Source: Marsupella aquatica
Taxonomy: Eukaryota > Plantae > Marchantiophyta
Assembly: GCA_973895155.1 (NCBI GenBank)
Contig: OZ316898.1
Span: forward strand, 14,786,330-14,850,329
Direction of reading: 5' to 3'
Length of the DNA stretch: 64,000 nt
The position numbers and the translations under genes are program-made. The notes beneath the pieces were generated by a model. The model made no database searches, was not told the DNA's origin, and saw only the letters and a list, made by a program, of their open reading frames with translations. Below, in pieces: positions 23,819 to 37,968 of this stretch (position 1 is the first letter of the stretch; each line of letters opens with the position of its first letter).

Positions 23819-26800
23819 CTAATAATTTCCAATGCTAAAATGCCCAAATTCATCTATTGTTTGATCACCTAGAACACTATGTATCTCGGAATTGATACCA
23901 CTGGGAAGTTGCTCTTCAAAGGATGGGGGTGCAAAAACTGGGCTCAGTCTCAAGTTCAGTTTTTTGTAATCTGATTTTGCCATTATCTTTGGAGCATCGT
24001 CTAGTGATTCTATCATTCCAACCTTTGGTCCATTTCTCCATATAAAATGAGTTGCAGGACGGACTGTTTTCATATATCCAGTCCTGTCGATCTCGGATCC
24101 AGAATTTTGTGAAAATGATAATACTACGGGGCTTCCTGTAGAAGCACTTGTAAAAACCAATTTAGTCTCTGATGAGCAATATAGAGGAGACAGGGGAGGA
24201 TTTGAAGCACCTGCCTTCTCTTCTTCATTTGCAGCGGTCTCAGGTACTTGACGATCATCCTCCTTTGCAAGCGCAATGTCTGACATTTCTCCCAATTCTA
24301 CTGCGTCAATATTGCCTAGACCATCTGTGGTTGCCTTCCAATGTGCATCCGATGTGGACGATGTAAGATCTGGGTCCGATTGGTGCATCCAATTCTCTAC
24401 ACCGACAAAGGGATTTCTTGGTGGGTCGCCCTCAGGTCGACCCACAACATCAGCCAACCCCACACCAAAGTAGGGAATACCTACCACTTGTGTTCCACGT
24501 TCATCCAAATTTCGGGTGACCCTGTTGTCTGTGTCGTGACCCAATTCTCCTTCCTCAATATCATCTTCGCCCTAGTCTACGCCTTCTTTGGCACCAACAT
24601 GCTCGGAAACCCCATCGCGGGCTCTACCAAATTTTGAACCGCCCATCCGGTCACTCATTATGGAAGGAACTTTCTCGCAGAGAACCCTTCCATATGCCTG
24701 AGTGAAATCATATTCATCCTCAGTGTCTGAATACGCAAAGCATTCTCTGAAACACAACAATGACACCTTCATAACCTGTCCTCCCGAGAAAAAGTCAAGT
24801 ATAGTCTCCCCTTCAGCCGAAAAAAATTCAATAATACTCTGCAGCATACATTTTGGCTTAGCATGAATATTCACAAAGCCACCTCTACTTCCCACCATCT
24901 CAAACATGGGAGCCTTTTGTAAGAAATCTCCAATGTGAAATGCTGAAGTTGACTCAGTCTCTGTCTCCTTACTTGTCTTACTCTTATTCTTATCTCGCTT
25001 CTCCGTCTTGTCTTCCACTTGGAAATCAGGGGCGATTGCCGAATTGTAAGAAAATTGGCAATTAAATCCAAGCCTGAACACTTGCTTCCAATCAAATTTC
25101 TCCTCAGTGGTGATTCCTGCAAAGATTATCTCCTCCATACCACAACTGAAAAGTAAGCCCTCTGGAACTGGTGTATCACTCCGTCGATAGCTCCCGTAGT
25201 CAACGTGGATGTCCATTCCCTTTTCATGTTGCAATTTCCTAAGGGCACTCAAAATGTTTGCAGCAAGTGGCCCCGGATGCACAGTCATGACAACAACAAT
25301 TGTTGGATTTCTTGGAAGATCCACAATGTATTGCAGTAATGCAATAATTTCAGCATCGGTCCAAACATGTTGTCGGAGCCTACTGAAGTCAACAATGGCA
25401 AGAGGACACAAAGGCGAAGGCTCTTGTAGCATTTCCGGCACGGTTGTCTTCATCAAATTCTCACTAAAAAATGTCAAGAAAGGCTCCATGCGAGAATGAC
25501 CAATCCCACCAAATTCTTTACAATGCAACCCATCTAGTCTGACCATTAGACTTTGTGGGAAACTCTCCTTGACCACATTCTTCTTCAATGAATTGTTGAG
25601 GTAAACCTCACCGTTGCTCTCCTCAATTTTGTCATCTCAAGCTCAGATTTCAAGGAAGGCAACAATATCACCAGAGACTCCCAAGATGTGCCAACAGGAA
25701 ACTTCTCACGATACTTTTCCACGAAATAGCCAATAATGACTGTTCTCAATTTGGACATTATCTTGATTGTAAGGGCCAAGTCTCCCATTGCGACAAGCTC
25801 TGATTTGTTGGTGATATCCTTCTTCAGCAAGACACGCTCCTCTTCAACGTCCTTCAAGATCTCAATTATCTGTTTGCTACTAATCTCTCCTTCAAAGCAT
25901 CAAAAGGTACTAGGAGTGATCAATTTTGGGGGTCTTGGCCCTCCATACCCACCAGCCCCGTCTTGGAGCTTCCCACTCAACCATTTTGCACACACGTTCC
26001 GCCATAATTCAAAGAGCTCATCTTTGGCAAAAAGTAACCAATAAATGCTCTTTAGGCTTGACTTCCCCATTGTAACCTTTGCCAGGGCAAACCAATCCTG
26101 CATATCCAATGGACTTGACATTAGTTTCAGGGTACAATGCATATGTTAGAAAATTTATACCTATGTTTGAAACAGGCTAAGCCGCCTCGCCCCAAGGGCG
26201 TGGCGAACCTCTACATCTAACCGCAATTGACTGAAACGGAACTAGGGAATTATTCTTAGAGAGACTAGTCTAGGTTGCCTCGCCCTGAGGGCGAGGCAAA
26301 CATTTGCTTTAATCTTCTAACCACCAAGGAAAACAAGAAAAGGCAGCCTCGCCCTTGGGGCGAGGCAAACCTCTACCATTGACAATCTTTAAACAAAGCG
26401 GATCAAGAATAGTTTGCGTTGCTCCAACATGTACCTGATAGTTTTTCCTGTCTGTATTTTGATTGGTCCCAATCCCTGGACGCGGCGGTTTCCCGCACTC
26501 CTCAAACTGCCTTCGTGCATGAACAATAGTCTCTAAAAAACAAGACTTAAATTGCATAGTATCATTGACAGCATTCGATAAACTTGAATGCTCAACCAAA
26601 ATTGTCTTCGAAGTGAGGTCAGATAGGATCCTTGCTTTCCTATACTTTAGTTTGTTGGCAAGATCTGTCAGCTTGGCGTCAGTCTCGGCCCACCCTTGGA
26701 TCCATTGGGTAGCTCTTGCAGAATGCTGGCCACTGATGGCAAGGAATTGGATCTCATGCTTCTTCACACCAATCAAAAACTCTTTCCTATCCTGAGGTGT

Positions 26801-28845
26801 GTTGTCATAATGAAGCAACTGTTTAGTGCTCTCGCGATACGGAATCAAATCAGCAACTTGTGGTTCCTGTCCAGGGTTTTTCATCATAGACTTTGATATC
26901 TCCATTGCATGCGAAAGATTGAACATTCGATATACAAAAACGGCCGATGGCGGATTAATACTTTTTACAGGAATATCAAAAACTTTGCGGATGCCAAAAG
27001 TATAATACTGCTCAATATTACGCAAAACCTCTTGGCCTTTGAGCACATCATCTTCTTTGGGTCCTTCTGTCGGACACATATCATCCTCTGGATGCAAGAC
27101 AAAGTTTGAAGTCGACCCTGACATTGGTTTTGATTTTGCAACCTTTGCCTTCTTTGTCTGCTTTTTTTGGGGGCCCTCATCATCTTCATTTTTTTTAGCC
27201 ATCTTCTTACGGCGTGAACTCCCAGATTGTTTCTCTTGTTGAACAACCGGCTCTTGAAGCTTTTGTTTCTTCTCTGTCTTTGATTGCGCACTTCTTTCCA
27301 CTGTCTTCTTTCTCTCCTTTGCCTTATGCTTTGCTTCTTTTTTCTTCATCTCTGAAATCCACGTCCGGCACGCGGCCTCTTGAAACTCTGGACAAAAAAT
27401 GAAACTCTTGTCGATTGCTTGCTCGTATGAAAAATGTGCCTTATCAATCATCCTTTGAACTATCCAAGTAGACGGAGGGTCCACACTGTCCGCATTGTCA
27501 TGCATGTGCTTCTTTACGTAGAGAAATCCAAACACTAGGTCAACTCCACTTATTTGAGAACGCGTCTTCTCAAACATCTGATCAATTGTTACTCCATCTG
27601 GGAAGAATCCCATATCAGCTACGCTTATCTCCAATCAAGCCATCCACTCAACATTCAGTAAAGTCGAGTAGAGTTTTATTGGCACTAGAAGTCTCATCCA
27701 CTGAGATTTCTCATTGGACTCAACAATAATCGTTGCATTGCGGTTGTTGTCCGTGTTCACAAGGATGACTGGACCTAGAGTAACAATTGTCTTGCGGTCA
27801 TTCAATTGACTTGTGAGGCCCTTGAAACAAATCAAGAGACTGCCTTCCGCCGACACCCCAACTTCTAGTGCCCATCTAAATCCTGGAGTATCTTGGTCAG
27901 GGAAAACAAAGTCCTTGATATCCTCGTCCATAATATTTAACTCCGGCTTCTCAAGATTTTTTCCTGGTAAGAAACATTGAAAACAAAATGGTCAGCATCA
28001 TATTTTTAACATTGACATGTGGAAAACTTTCAAGGTGCCTCGCCCTTGGGGCGAGGCGACAAATAGAAGATTGCAAAATCTTCTTTGCTCCTAGTGCAAT
28101 TAGCCCTGCCACCTCATCCAAGCAATCAAACATTATTTAGGAATGCAGACGACATCGCCTCGCCCCAAGGGCGAGGCAACTTCTAGGAAAGCAAACAACA
28201 TTTAGGAATGCAGACAACATCGCCTCGCCCCAAGGGCGAGGCAACTTCTGGAAAGCAGACAACATTTAGGAATGCAGAGGACATTGCCTCACCCCAAGGG
28301 CGAGGCAACTTCTGGGAAAGCAGACAACATTTAGGAATGTAGAGGACATCGCCTCGTCCCAAGGGCGAGGCAACTTCTGGGAATGCAGACAACATTTAGG
28401 AATGCAGATAACATCGCCTCGCCCCAAGGGCGAGGCAACTTTTGGGAATGCAGACTACATTTGAGGAATGCAGACGACATTGCCTCGCCCCAAGAGCGAG
28501 GCAAAAAATAGAATATAGCTAAAGATCCTTTATTAATGTAAGATACAAGGTCCAATACGCCTTTGGAGCAACAAGAAATCTAGAATGAAGTAGATGTCGC
28601 CTCGACCTTGGGGCGAGGCGACTGCAAAGGAATATAGAAATTTTCCTAATAAGAAGTTTGAAATCCAAATTAAGTAAAGTTGCCTCGCCCTTAGGGCGAG
28701 GCAAGAAGTTGAAGCAGGTGGTGCCTTACGTGGAAAAGTTAATTGGGCTTTCTTTGACGCCTCCAACGCATTGTTAACCAATTTTTGGACATCCGGGTCT
28801 TCAGGGTCATATTCATACAGAGAGTTATAATTGAAGTTCAATGAC
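23819..28845 (-). pseudogene. MIDDLE cargo: ParB-like + degenerate beta-class DNA methyltransferase-like protein (start at 46469-46417, split by INNER)
   Basis: ParB-N-like IPVKSINPP..YR....SHA.EI..SM..NP..FLAISGQHSARA. MTase-like HAKPKCMLQSIIEFFSAEGETILDFFSGG. The catalytic position reads LAIVDFSR instead of D(P/I)PY. Stops at 27635, 25900 and 24572; frameshift at ~25586. Confidence 0.7.
26180..28705. repeat. MIDDLE signature palindrome GCCTCGCCC-N3-GGGCGAGGC, including a ~65-bp x ~5.5 tandem array at 28137-28505
   Basis: Copies at ~26184, 26277, 26346, 28037, 28157-28500, 28599 and 28682. Half-sites recur at 46600-46670, on the other side of INNER. Confidence 0.9.
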
Positions 28846-31800
28846 TCTTAACACGATTTCGGACCGAACGAGAACTATTTCCTCTAAACGAGAAGTGTAT
28901 TTTTATTTTCCGCCGAATCTCACGAAATCGGCAGTTTTTTTCATCAAAAATGCATTTTCGGGGAAATAATGTAATTCGTATCGGAGTTCGGATTGAAACA
29001 ACAAATTTAATAATGATCAAAACCAATGAAATTCATGCTAACAAACATTCATATTATCAAGGAACAATTAGATCCAAAAAACTTTCTCCTTGACCTCATA
29101 TTCACGCTCTCCGAAGATATATGAAAGGTCTTATCTATAAATCCATATCCATGTTTCGAGCCAAGTGCGATAACTGTATCGGACTCCGGATTTGAGCCAC
29201 GAAAACTCCGACCCAATCTCAGGTTTCTCAGTTTTTGGATATTTACCAAAAATATTTTACATCACAGTTGATAAGAATTACTGCACGGTTCGTCAAATTT
29301 ACCTTGCAGTTACCTCCGCAATTGACCAGTTACCTCCGCAAGTGACCATAGTCAACATGTCATTCTTTCAACAGCAATGCGCAGTCCGATAAAATTATCG
29401 CGAAAACTACGGGCGACAAAAATACTAGTCGACAATACTAAGATCCTTCGGTTCATCGGTTAAATTTCAAAATTCCTATCCATATGAAGAAAACTCTTCG
29501 CAATACCAACATCAGATAAATTTATCGCTTCAATTTCAAAATTGCAACTTCCATATGAAGGAACCACTTTTGCAATACCAACATCAGATAAATTTATCGC
29601 TTCAATTTCAAAACTATATAATTTTGCCACGATGCACGTGTGAGAATGAAATTGGAAATCCAAGAAATATACCCTTTTCTGCTATTTTGTCATTTAGGGT
29701 GACAGCCAATCAAAAGTGGACACGTGGGCCAACCCCTCAACAGACACTATAAAAGGGCCACCGCCGATAAGTTTTTGGCGTCATTATCGAGAGTAGAGTT
29801 TTGGGAGTTGTGTTCTTGGAGCAACATTCTGTCCGTTGAGCCTTTCGTTTTCCCTGATTGTGGGAGGAATGCAAAGCCCCATAGTGTCTCGGATAGCCAT
29901 GTCTCAATCAGACACAGATTCACCTTCCAGTTCAGTTGAATCCTCTCCTAATCTTGTCGCTCGCTGTTTGCCAAGTCGCATACTTAAAGCTCTACCTCTC
30001 TCACAGCAAATAGTGCCCGAAATCTCTGACTCAGATTCTGATGCAAGTTCTGGTCCTGAGCCCAGTGCTTACTATGTGTCGCCTAGTAAACTTGAGAAGC
30101 GTCGTCTCTTGAGCGTTCCATCGCCAAGAAATGAGAAACTTTCAATCCCAGGTTTAGGTCCGAGACGTCGCTTCAGGCCATCCATCCCGGGTTATGGAGA
30201 GGGTATCCGGCGACCGATATGCGTATCACAGTCGGCATTCAAGTCGCCACATTCAACACAAGTTCAACGACGGATCTTTCAGTCTCTGGGTGAGGATCGG
30301 GACACAGAAATACAAAGACCGATACGACGATCGGTCTTTGCATTGCCTGGACTGGATGTGCGAGCAAGCGAGGGAATCGGACTGCAAAGTCCAGACTCGG
30401 CCCTTTCTCGAATGGTCCGTGGGAATCGTGGTGAACAAGTGCTCAATTTTCCAGCAGCTCGCGGAGTCGTTGGGACTGCACGTGCGAATCCAGAATCTCC
30501 AAGTTCTCAAGGGCGGACTGTCATTGGTTCTAGGCTCCAAGTATCGAGGAGAGGTCTTAGTGGCGTTCGGGTTATGTATAGAGAGCCACGGAGTCCAATT
30601 GTGTTTTCAGATGAGTCGAGTGTATCGGAGGACGAAGATGAGGAAGGAGATAGAGAATCCGATATAATAGCACAAGTTGTGTTTGAATGTTTAGAAGGAG
30701 CTGTCAAAGAGAATAGCTATAGTCGTCTATTCAGTGCCCCTCTAAATGCGTCAAGGAGATCTATAGAGGATGGTAGCTCAGCAGAGAGTGATGCATCTAT
30801 TCGCGAGGCACCTGAAGGACCCAAAAATGCCAATGTTATGAACGGATTTCAGGTTGTAGAGAAGTCAAATGAGCCTAGTAAAAAAGATAGGGACCGAATT
30901 ACTAGGAAAGACAATGTGATAAATGACAAATTGAATAGAAACAAAATGAGAGAAATTCAGAAGTATTCGTGTTGTGATAATTACTGTCTGCGGAATTTGG
31001 GTCTGCTAGCCGTGACGAAACAACGCACTTATTACTATGGGCTATCCTACCCAGAGAAGAACGTCCTTCTAAGAGGATGTGTGAAGGGTGGGCATGCTGG
31101 TGCAAGTGGTTACTCAGTTAGCGGTAGATCCTTTTGTCGAAGTGGTTTTAAGAAATTATTTTCACTGGGAAATAATCGTCTCCAAAAAATCTCGCAGAAC
31201 ATGTTTTCTCGGATACAAATCGGTACAGTTTGTCAAGAAAAATCACCCGCACATCTTGGTCTCGTCCAATGGCTAGATGATTTTTTTTCCACAAATGTCG
31301 AGAGTCTCCCAACAAGGATATCTTTCATTTACCTGACAATTGGACAAAAACAGAAGTTTTTGATGCCTTCCAGTCCGAAACTCTAATGCGCTAAGAACAA
31401 TGCATGACATATTCATGGTTTGTTCGCATTTGGAACAAGGAGTTTCCTCGCGTGCGCATCCCCAAAAGGAGCCGTTTCTCCACCTGCGCCCCGTGTACTG
31501 AATTCAAAGCACTCCGTGACAAGGCAACACTCGAAGCAGAAAAGAGTAAATTTCTAAACCTGTGTGTTACTCCCGATAATTTTATCGGGTTGAGTATTCA
31601 TGTGCTTCTTCTTTGGCCATGTGAGTGAATATATCGTTTGAACAGTTTGAATACTGAACCTGATAAATTTATCGCTGTCACAGTTTTTCATTATGGTCTT
31701 GTGTTTGAATACTGAACCCGATAAATTTATCGTTGTCAGGGTTTATCATTACGGTCTCGTGTTTGAATACTGAACCCGATAAATTTATCGCTGTCAGGGT

Positions 31801-32094
31801 TCAACATTGCGGTTATCATGTTTTGTCCTAAATTTTTTTATTGTTGTAGGAAAATTCTCAACATTGCTAAACGAGCATCGGAAGGCACAAGCAGTCGAGA
31901 GGGAGAAGTTAGCAAAGCACCGGAGCAAATGTTACAAGAGTCCGGAGAAATATTTGGGCATCTGTATTGATGGAATGGATCAAAAGAAGACAGAGTTACC
32001 TCATTTCATTCGGTGCCCGAAGAATATGGATGAAAAGTATTTCATCCCCGTACACGTAGTGGGTTGTTTGATCTTCAACAAACAATTAAGTTCA

Positions 32095-35000
32095 TGTTGT
32101 AATAGACAACTAAAGGAACACTCAAAGATACTCCAACAAGATAGATCCATTACTATTGATGAGGGGATATATATATCCCCTTGGTTACATGGTAGGCAAA
32201 TGCCCTTATACTGGTCCTATGGTTAGGAGTTCTCATACTATGGTTAAGGGTTCTCGCCCTATGGTTAAGGGGTAAACTAGGGTTTACAACACTCCCCCTT
32301 GGTTAGTTTATGGAGGAGCATAAAGTAACCACATCTCTTGAACCTAGGGTATAATCCGGTTTAGGGGTCCACCTGTGTGATGTAGCCTCATTAAAACCTC
32401 GTCGCTTTCTTCTCGAGGAAAGAGTGCTACCATCACTTATATAGGTGGTTTCCCATATCTAATGTCCTGGTTAAGCCTTTTTGCCATGTCTTAGTTAGTG
32501 TTGATCGTATGTGCTAAGTGGGGTTATGTGAATGTTCCTAATGGGTGTCTAGTCTCCCCCTCAGCTCGTTGCCTGGTGTGCGCCTCGTGTTGTTCTTCAT
32601 GTCGTTTTGCGTATTGCGCTTCGCTTCGTGTTGTGCTTTGGGTTAGTGAGGCCAAGTCGGGCGTTTTTGCGTTGGTTTGCGTTGTTTCACGTCGGGGATG
32701 TGGTGTGGCGCTCGCCGAGTGTGGTGGTCGGGCATCTGGAGGCGGCTTCATCGGGCAACAGCTTCGTCGTTGGGTAATCCTTTCGAGCTTCAGTGTTATG
32801 AGGTGGGCTTGATCGTGGACAATCTGCTCATGCCTATACCTTCGAGGTGCGCTCTGTGCAATCCGGCTGGTAGTGGTTTCGTAAACATGTCTGCTCGATT
32901 GTCCTGAGATTTGATCCATGCAACATTGATACTTTTCCCTTGTTGTTCTTGCGTGAAGAAATACTTGGGGTCAATATGCTTGGTCCTCTCGGTCTTCAGG
33001 ATTCCGTTGGTTATCTGGTCGATACACGCCTTATTGTCTTCGTAGATTGTGGTTGGCTCTGTTATCTGTGGTTTACCGGTGCTGGACCTAATATGATTGA
33101 TAATGCTTCGTAGCCATACAGCTTCTCTGCACGCCTCGTATAACGCTATGATTTCCGAGTGGTTGGATGACGTTGTGGTCATCGTTTGCTTTGAACTTCG
33201 CCAAGATATTGCTGTCGTCCCCTGTAAGAACACGTACCCAGTCTGTGATTTGGAGTCCTGGGGGTCCGACAGGTAGCCGGCATCAGTGTAACCGGTAAGC
33301 GTATCGGGGCTATTCTTAGGAAAGAATAGTCCAAGGTCGATCGTCCCTTGTAGGTATCTCATGATCCTCTTGATGCCGTTCCAATGCCTGATGGTGGGCT
33401 GTGCGCTGTGTCTCGCTAAGAGACTGACGGCGAACGATATGTCAGGTCTCGTCTGGTTCGCTAGATACATAAGGGCACCCACCGCTGATAGGTACGGTTT
33501 TTCTGATCCCAGTATGGGTTCGTCTTCTTGGCGCTTCCGAAACATATCTTTGATCGGGTCTAGAGATCTGAGTTTCATCGGGGTGGAGACAGGGTAGGAT
33601 TTCTGCATGTTGAATTGATGAAGTATCTTCTGCGTGTATGTCGATTGGTAAAGGAATATGCCTGTTTCTAAGTGTTCGATCTGCAGGCCTAGGCAGTGGT
33701 TGGGTCTTCCAAGGTCCTTCATCTCGAAGACTCCTTTCAGTGTATGTATTGTGTCTTTCATCATCTGTTTAGTCCCGATAAGTTCACATCGTCCACGTAC
33801 AGTGCTAGTATCAGGACTTCGTCCATATGCTTTTTGATGAAGATGCAGGGGGCCAGTCCGCTATTTGTAAATCCGAGGGCGAGCATCTCTGTCTCGAATT
33901 TCTGATACCAGATTCTGCCGCTCTGTTTAAGTCCGTTGATGGAACGTAACACTTGGACTGTAAGTTTTGTTGTTAATTTCTTTCCTCTGGTATGCATTGC
34001 CTGTGTATTTCCACTTTGCATCAAGAGGGCCTTTGTATCCCCATCAGGTATTATTTGGCTGATGCCTTTTTTAATCTCTGTATTCAGGTTCTGGGACGTC
34101 TCCCCCTGAATGTGCTGCTTGACCCTCTCTATCAGTTCCGGGGGGGCAGTCATGTATATCTCAGTATCGAGTGTGCCGTAAAGGTACGCGGTTACCACGT
34201 CCATAAGGTTATTAACCAGTTTATGGTGGACTGAATGTGCTGTGAGATAGCGATATGTAGTAGCGTCCATTACTGGTGAGTATGTTAAATCGTAGTCCCT
34301 GCCCGGGATTTGTGTGTAGCCTTTGGCTACTAGCCGGGCTCGATATCTTACTACTATGCCTTTCTCATTTCGTTTTTTCAAGAATGTAAATCGAGAGTCG
34401 GTGTAATGTGTACCTGGTAATGCCATTTTAAATGGTCCGAATACTTGTCGCTTGATGAGGGCGTCCATCTCGGTATGTATTGCTGCTTGCCACTTTGGCC
34501 AATCTGGTTGTTTCTTTGCCTCGTTTATAGTGAGCGGATCAGGAATATCGTTGGTGATTTCCTGTATTACGTTATAGGCAAATTGTTCATCAATTTGGGT
34601 TGTCGGTCGTTTATATATGTTACCTGTTTGCATGTATGTGATTGACATTTCCTCGTTTTCTTCGCTCAGTGGGTCGTTTTGATTTATCGCTGTCACGTTA
34701 AGTGTGATCGCTGGTTCCAGCGCGGGTGTACCCAAGTTTGCTGCTGGAGTTTTACGTTGGCGAGGCTGGGAGTCCTTGATCCCTGGTGGTCTGCCTCGCT
34801 TTGCTCTGGGGGCTGTTACATTGGCCGGTGTCGAGGAGGTTTGTACTCGCGATGGCGCATTAGCTGCTAAGTTGTGGGATCTTGTGACATTTGCAGCGTC
34901 GTTAAATGAGTCTGGAATCTTTTCGAGCATTTCATGTAGGTGGAGAAGTCTTCTGACTTCTTCGTCTGCCTGCTTGGTTCTGGGGTCATTTCTGTTTTGG

Positions 35001-37968
35001 TCTGCTTTCCAATTTATGGGCGTTTTCGTTGTGTCCTTGGATTGTGTTGATGCTGTATTCGTGAGCTGTGGGAATTGATCTTCATAAAAATGGCAGTCCT
35101 GATGTCTTGCCTTGAACAGGTCTGCCGTAGTCGGTTCAAGGTATCTAATGATCGAAGTAGAGTCAAACCCAACATAGATACCTGCATTCCGTTGGGGTCC
35201 GAGTTTTGTTCTCTTTGGTCCTAAGATAGGCACCATTACCTGGCATCCGAAAACGCATAGGTGGGACAGGTCCGGTGGTATGCCGAACGCCAGGTGGTAT
35301 GGTGTCTTAGAGTTATATGCTGACGGTCTATATTGGATTAGTGCAGCTGCGTGAAGGATGGCATGTCCCCATGCTGATGTGGGTAAGTTTGACTTCATTA
35401 ACAGTGGTCTTGCCACCATTTGAAGTCTCTTAATAACCGACTCAGCTATACCGTTCTGAAAATGAACGTGGGGAACTGGATATTGAGTATCGATGCCCGC
35501 TGCCCAGCAAAAGTCGTCGAATGTTCTTGATGTGAACTCGCCAGCTCCATCTACTCTTAATCTTCTTGTAGGATACTCTGGGAACTGTGCTCTTAATTTA
35601 AGAATATGTGCTAAGATCCGCGCAAATGCCAAGTTGCGGGTAGATAGCAATGAAATCTGCAGCCATTTAGTTGATGAGTCGATGATTACCAGGAAATATT
35701 TGAAAGGGCCGCTCGGGGGGTCTATAGGTCCGCAGATATCTGCATTGATCTGCTCTAGGAACTGTGGTATTGAAAATATTGTTTTTGGTATTGATGGTCG
35801 TATGGTCATTTTTCCTTGTGAGCACGCTATGCAGGCTGTTTTTACCTTTGGCTTGACTGTCTTGGGGATTCCTTTGGAGTCCCTTATAATCCTGTTGTAC
35901 ATAGTGGTACCCGGGTGGCCCAGTCGACAGTGCCAGATGTATGTCATATCCTCTGATTCTTGGTGTATATGGAATGTTTGGATACTGGTTGCGTATAGGC
36001 CTGGGGGGATCAATGCAAATGTTTCTTTAATGGATGGCTTACCCTGTATGTCTTGTATGATCTGTAATGTCTCTGTTTTGCCCTGAGTATTCGTGCGCAG
36101 TTGGAGGTTATTGGATCTGATATCCTGGAAGCTGATGAGGTTTCGGGTTGCTTTCGGGGCATAAATTGCTGACTTCACGGTGATTTTAGTTCCTCCTGGT
36201 AGTATAAATGTGGCTCGTCCTTTGCCTTCTTCTATATGATTAAGTCCTGCTATGGTGGTGATAGCGCGGGATGATGGGGTGATGGCCTCAAAATACTTGC
36301 TGTGTTTTAAGATAGTATGTGAGGTTCCGCTGTCGATGATGCCCGTATCGGGGTCGTCTAATGTCGGGTATTTCCAGTCAGTAAGAGAGGTATGTACTTC
36401 TATCTGTTCTTGTGTTTCTTCTCTCTGAGAGGCAATCAATTCTTCTTCTATCTCCATATAATGTCCTTGGGGGTTTTGTCTGGACTTATTTCTGTCGTTT
36501 ATGTATCTGTGGGCCTCTTGTTCTGTGGCTGCACATGCGTTTCTAATGTGGCCAATTTTGCCACATCGGTAACACATTTTCTGGGAATTGTTTGCAGTGT
36601 CGTATTGGTTGCTTCGTCCTCTTCCTCTATTATTCATGGTGCCTCTGCGCCACGTGTTATTGGATCCGGAGGGTCGGTTATAAGGTTTGCCTTGTCCTCT
36701 GAATTGATTTCTCCCGCCCCTGAATTGGTTTCTTCCGCCTCTGAATTGAGTTCGTCCGCCCCGGTAATTTCCTCGTTGTTTGTCTTCATAATTGGTGTAG
36801 TGGGTTTCGGGTCGATGTGGTGGGGGGTCTGATCCTGCTGGGCGCTTTCTGGCGTTTTGCAAGGCCACGATCTGTTGCTTCTCTTCCACAAGTAAGTGAG
36901 CAATCAGATCTGAGTACTTAGTGAAACGCATGTTCCTATATTGTGTACCTAATGTGATATTAGATTCAGGGAATGTCGATAGTGTCTTATCGATTCTATC
37001 TATGTCATTTATTGGATGTCCACACATTTCTAATTGAGATGTAATTCTGCACAGTGCGCTATTGTAATTGGCAATTGTGGTGTGGTCCATGACGCGCAGG
37101 TTATGCCAATCCCTTCTTGCCTCTGGGAGCCATATCTCCCTCATATGATCAAATCGGGCTTTGAGGAGATCCCATAGTTTTCTTGGATTAATTTCGTTCA
37201 TATACTCATTCTTTAGTTGAGGGGTTAGATGTTGCCTGAGTAGAAACGCTGCCTTAGCCTTTTGTTTGAGCGTGACATCGATGTCGGTATCTAAGGTGTC
37301 TTCAAGGTCTTGTGATGTAAAGTAAGTTTCGACATCTGTGATCCACGTCAAATAGTTGGATCCGTCGACTTTAAGTGCTGGCCATAATAATTTTTCGACT
37401 GTATTCATTATTCGGGATGTCAGTTGATTTAAGAACTTTGGTGAAGATTGAATCGAGTGAAGTATCTCGATTGTACAATTGACCGGTTGGAAGCTTGTAT
37501 ATGGAGCTGAGGGAGCTTTCAATCATGCCAATAAAGTATTAGTCCTTTGGACTCTCGATATGCTGGTCCCGAATTGATGCTCTATGTGAAATTTCGTGTT
37601 TTGTAAAAAAAATTCAACTCTGAGGCAAAAGAATGGAGACCAAGAAAAAAAAACGGTTATGGCAGTTTCTAAAAAAAAAATGCCACTTTACGAGCATTCT
37701 CCTCGTGTAAAACTCGATTGCATCTGCTTGAAAAAAAAAATGATTTTAGAGACTAGCTCGTGCTGATAACGTGTTGTAATAGACAACTAAAGGAACACTC
37801 AAAGATACTCCAACAAGATAGATCCATTACTATTGATGAGGGGATATATATATCCCCTTGGTTACATGGTAGGCAAATGCCCTTATACTGGTCCTATGGT
37901 TAGGAGTTCTCATACTATGGTTAAGGGTTCTCGCCCTATGGTTAAGGGGTAAACTAGGGTTTACAACA
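32095..37968 (-). mobile_element. Ty1/Copia LTR retrotransposon, Bianca-type, very recent
   Basis: Identical 197-bp LTRs (32095-32291, 37772-37968; TG..CA), TSD GTTCA, PBS CGTTATCAGCACGAG and PPT AAGGGGGAG. Confidence 0.95.
32796..37522 (-). CDS. pol: Copia gag-pol polyprotein (gag, CCHC, PR, IN, RT, RNaseH) with one frameshift at ~33780
   Basis: CYRCGKIGHIRNAC, IIDSGTSHT, WHCRLGHPG, DICGP, RVDGAGEF, YVDD, YTDAGY and IYEDN motifs. Confidence 0.93.

Noticed and set aside
28137-28505. CRISPR-like array of palindromic repeats
   Set aside because: The intervening sequences are near-identical (tandem repeat), there are no cas genes, and the context is eukaryotic. The same applies to 47600-47925.
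35493-36832. Plus-strand ORFs within the Copia and other antisense ORFs across the window
   Set aside because: Shadow frames of genuine opposite-strand coding sequence, with no independent motifs.
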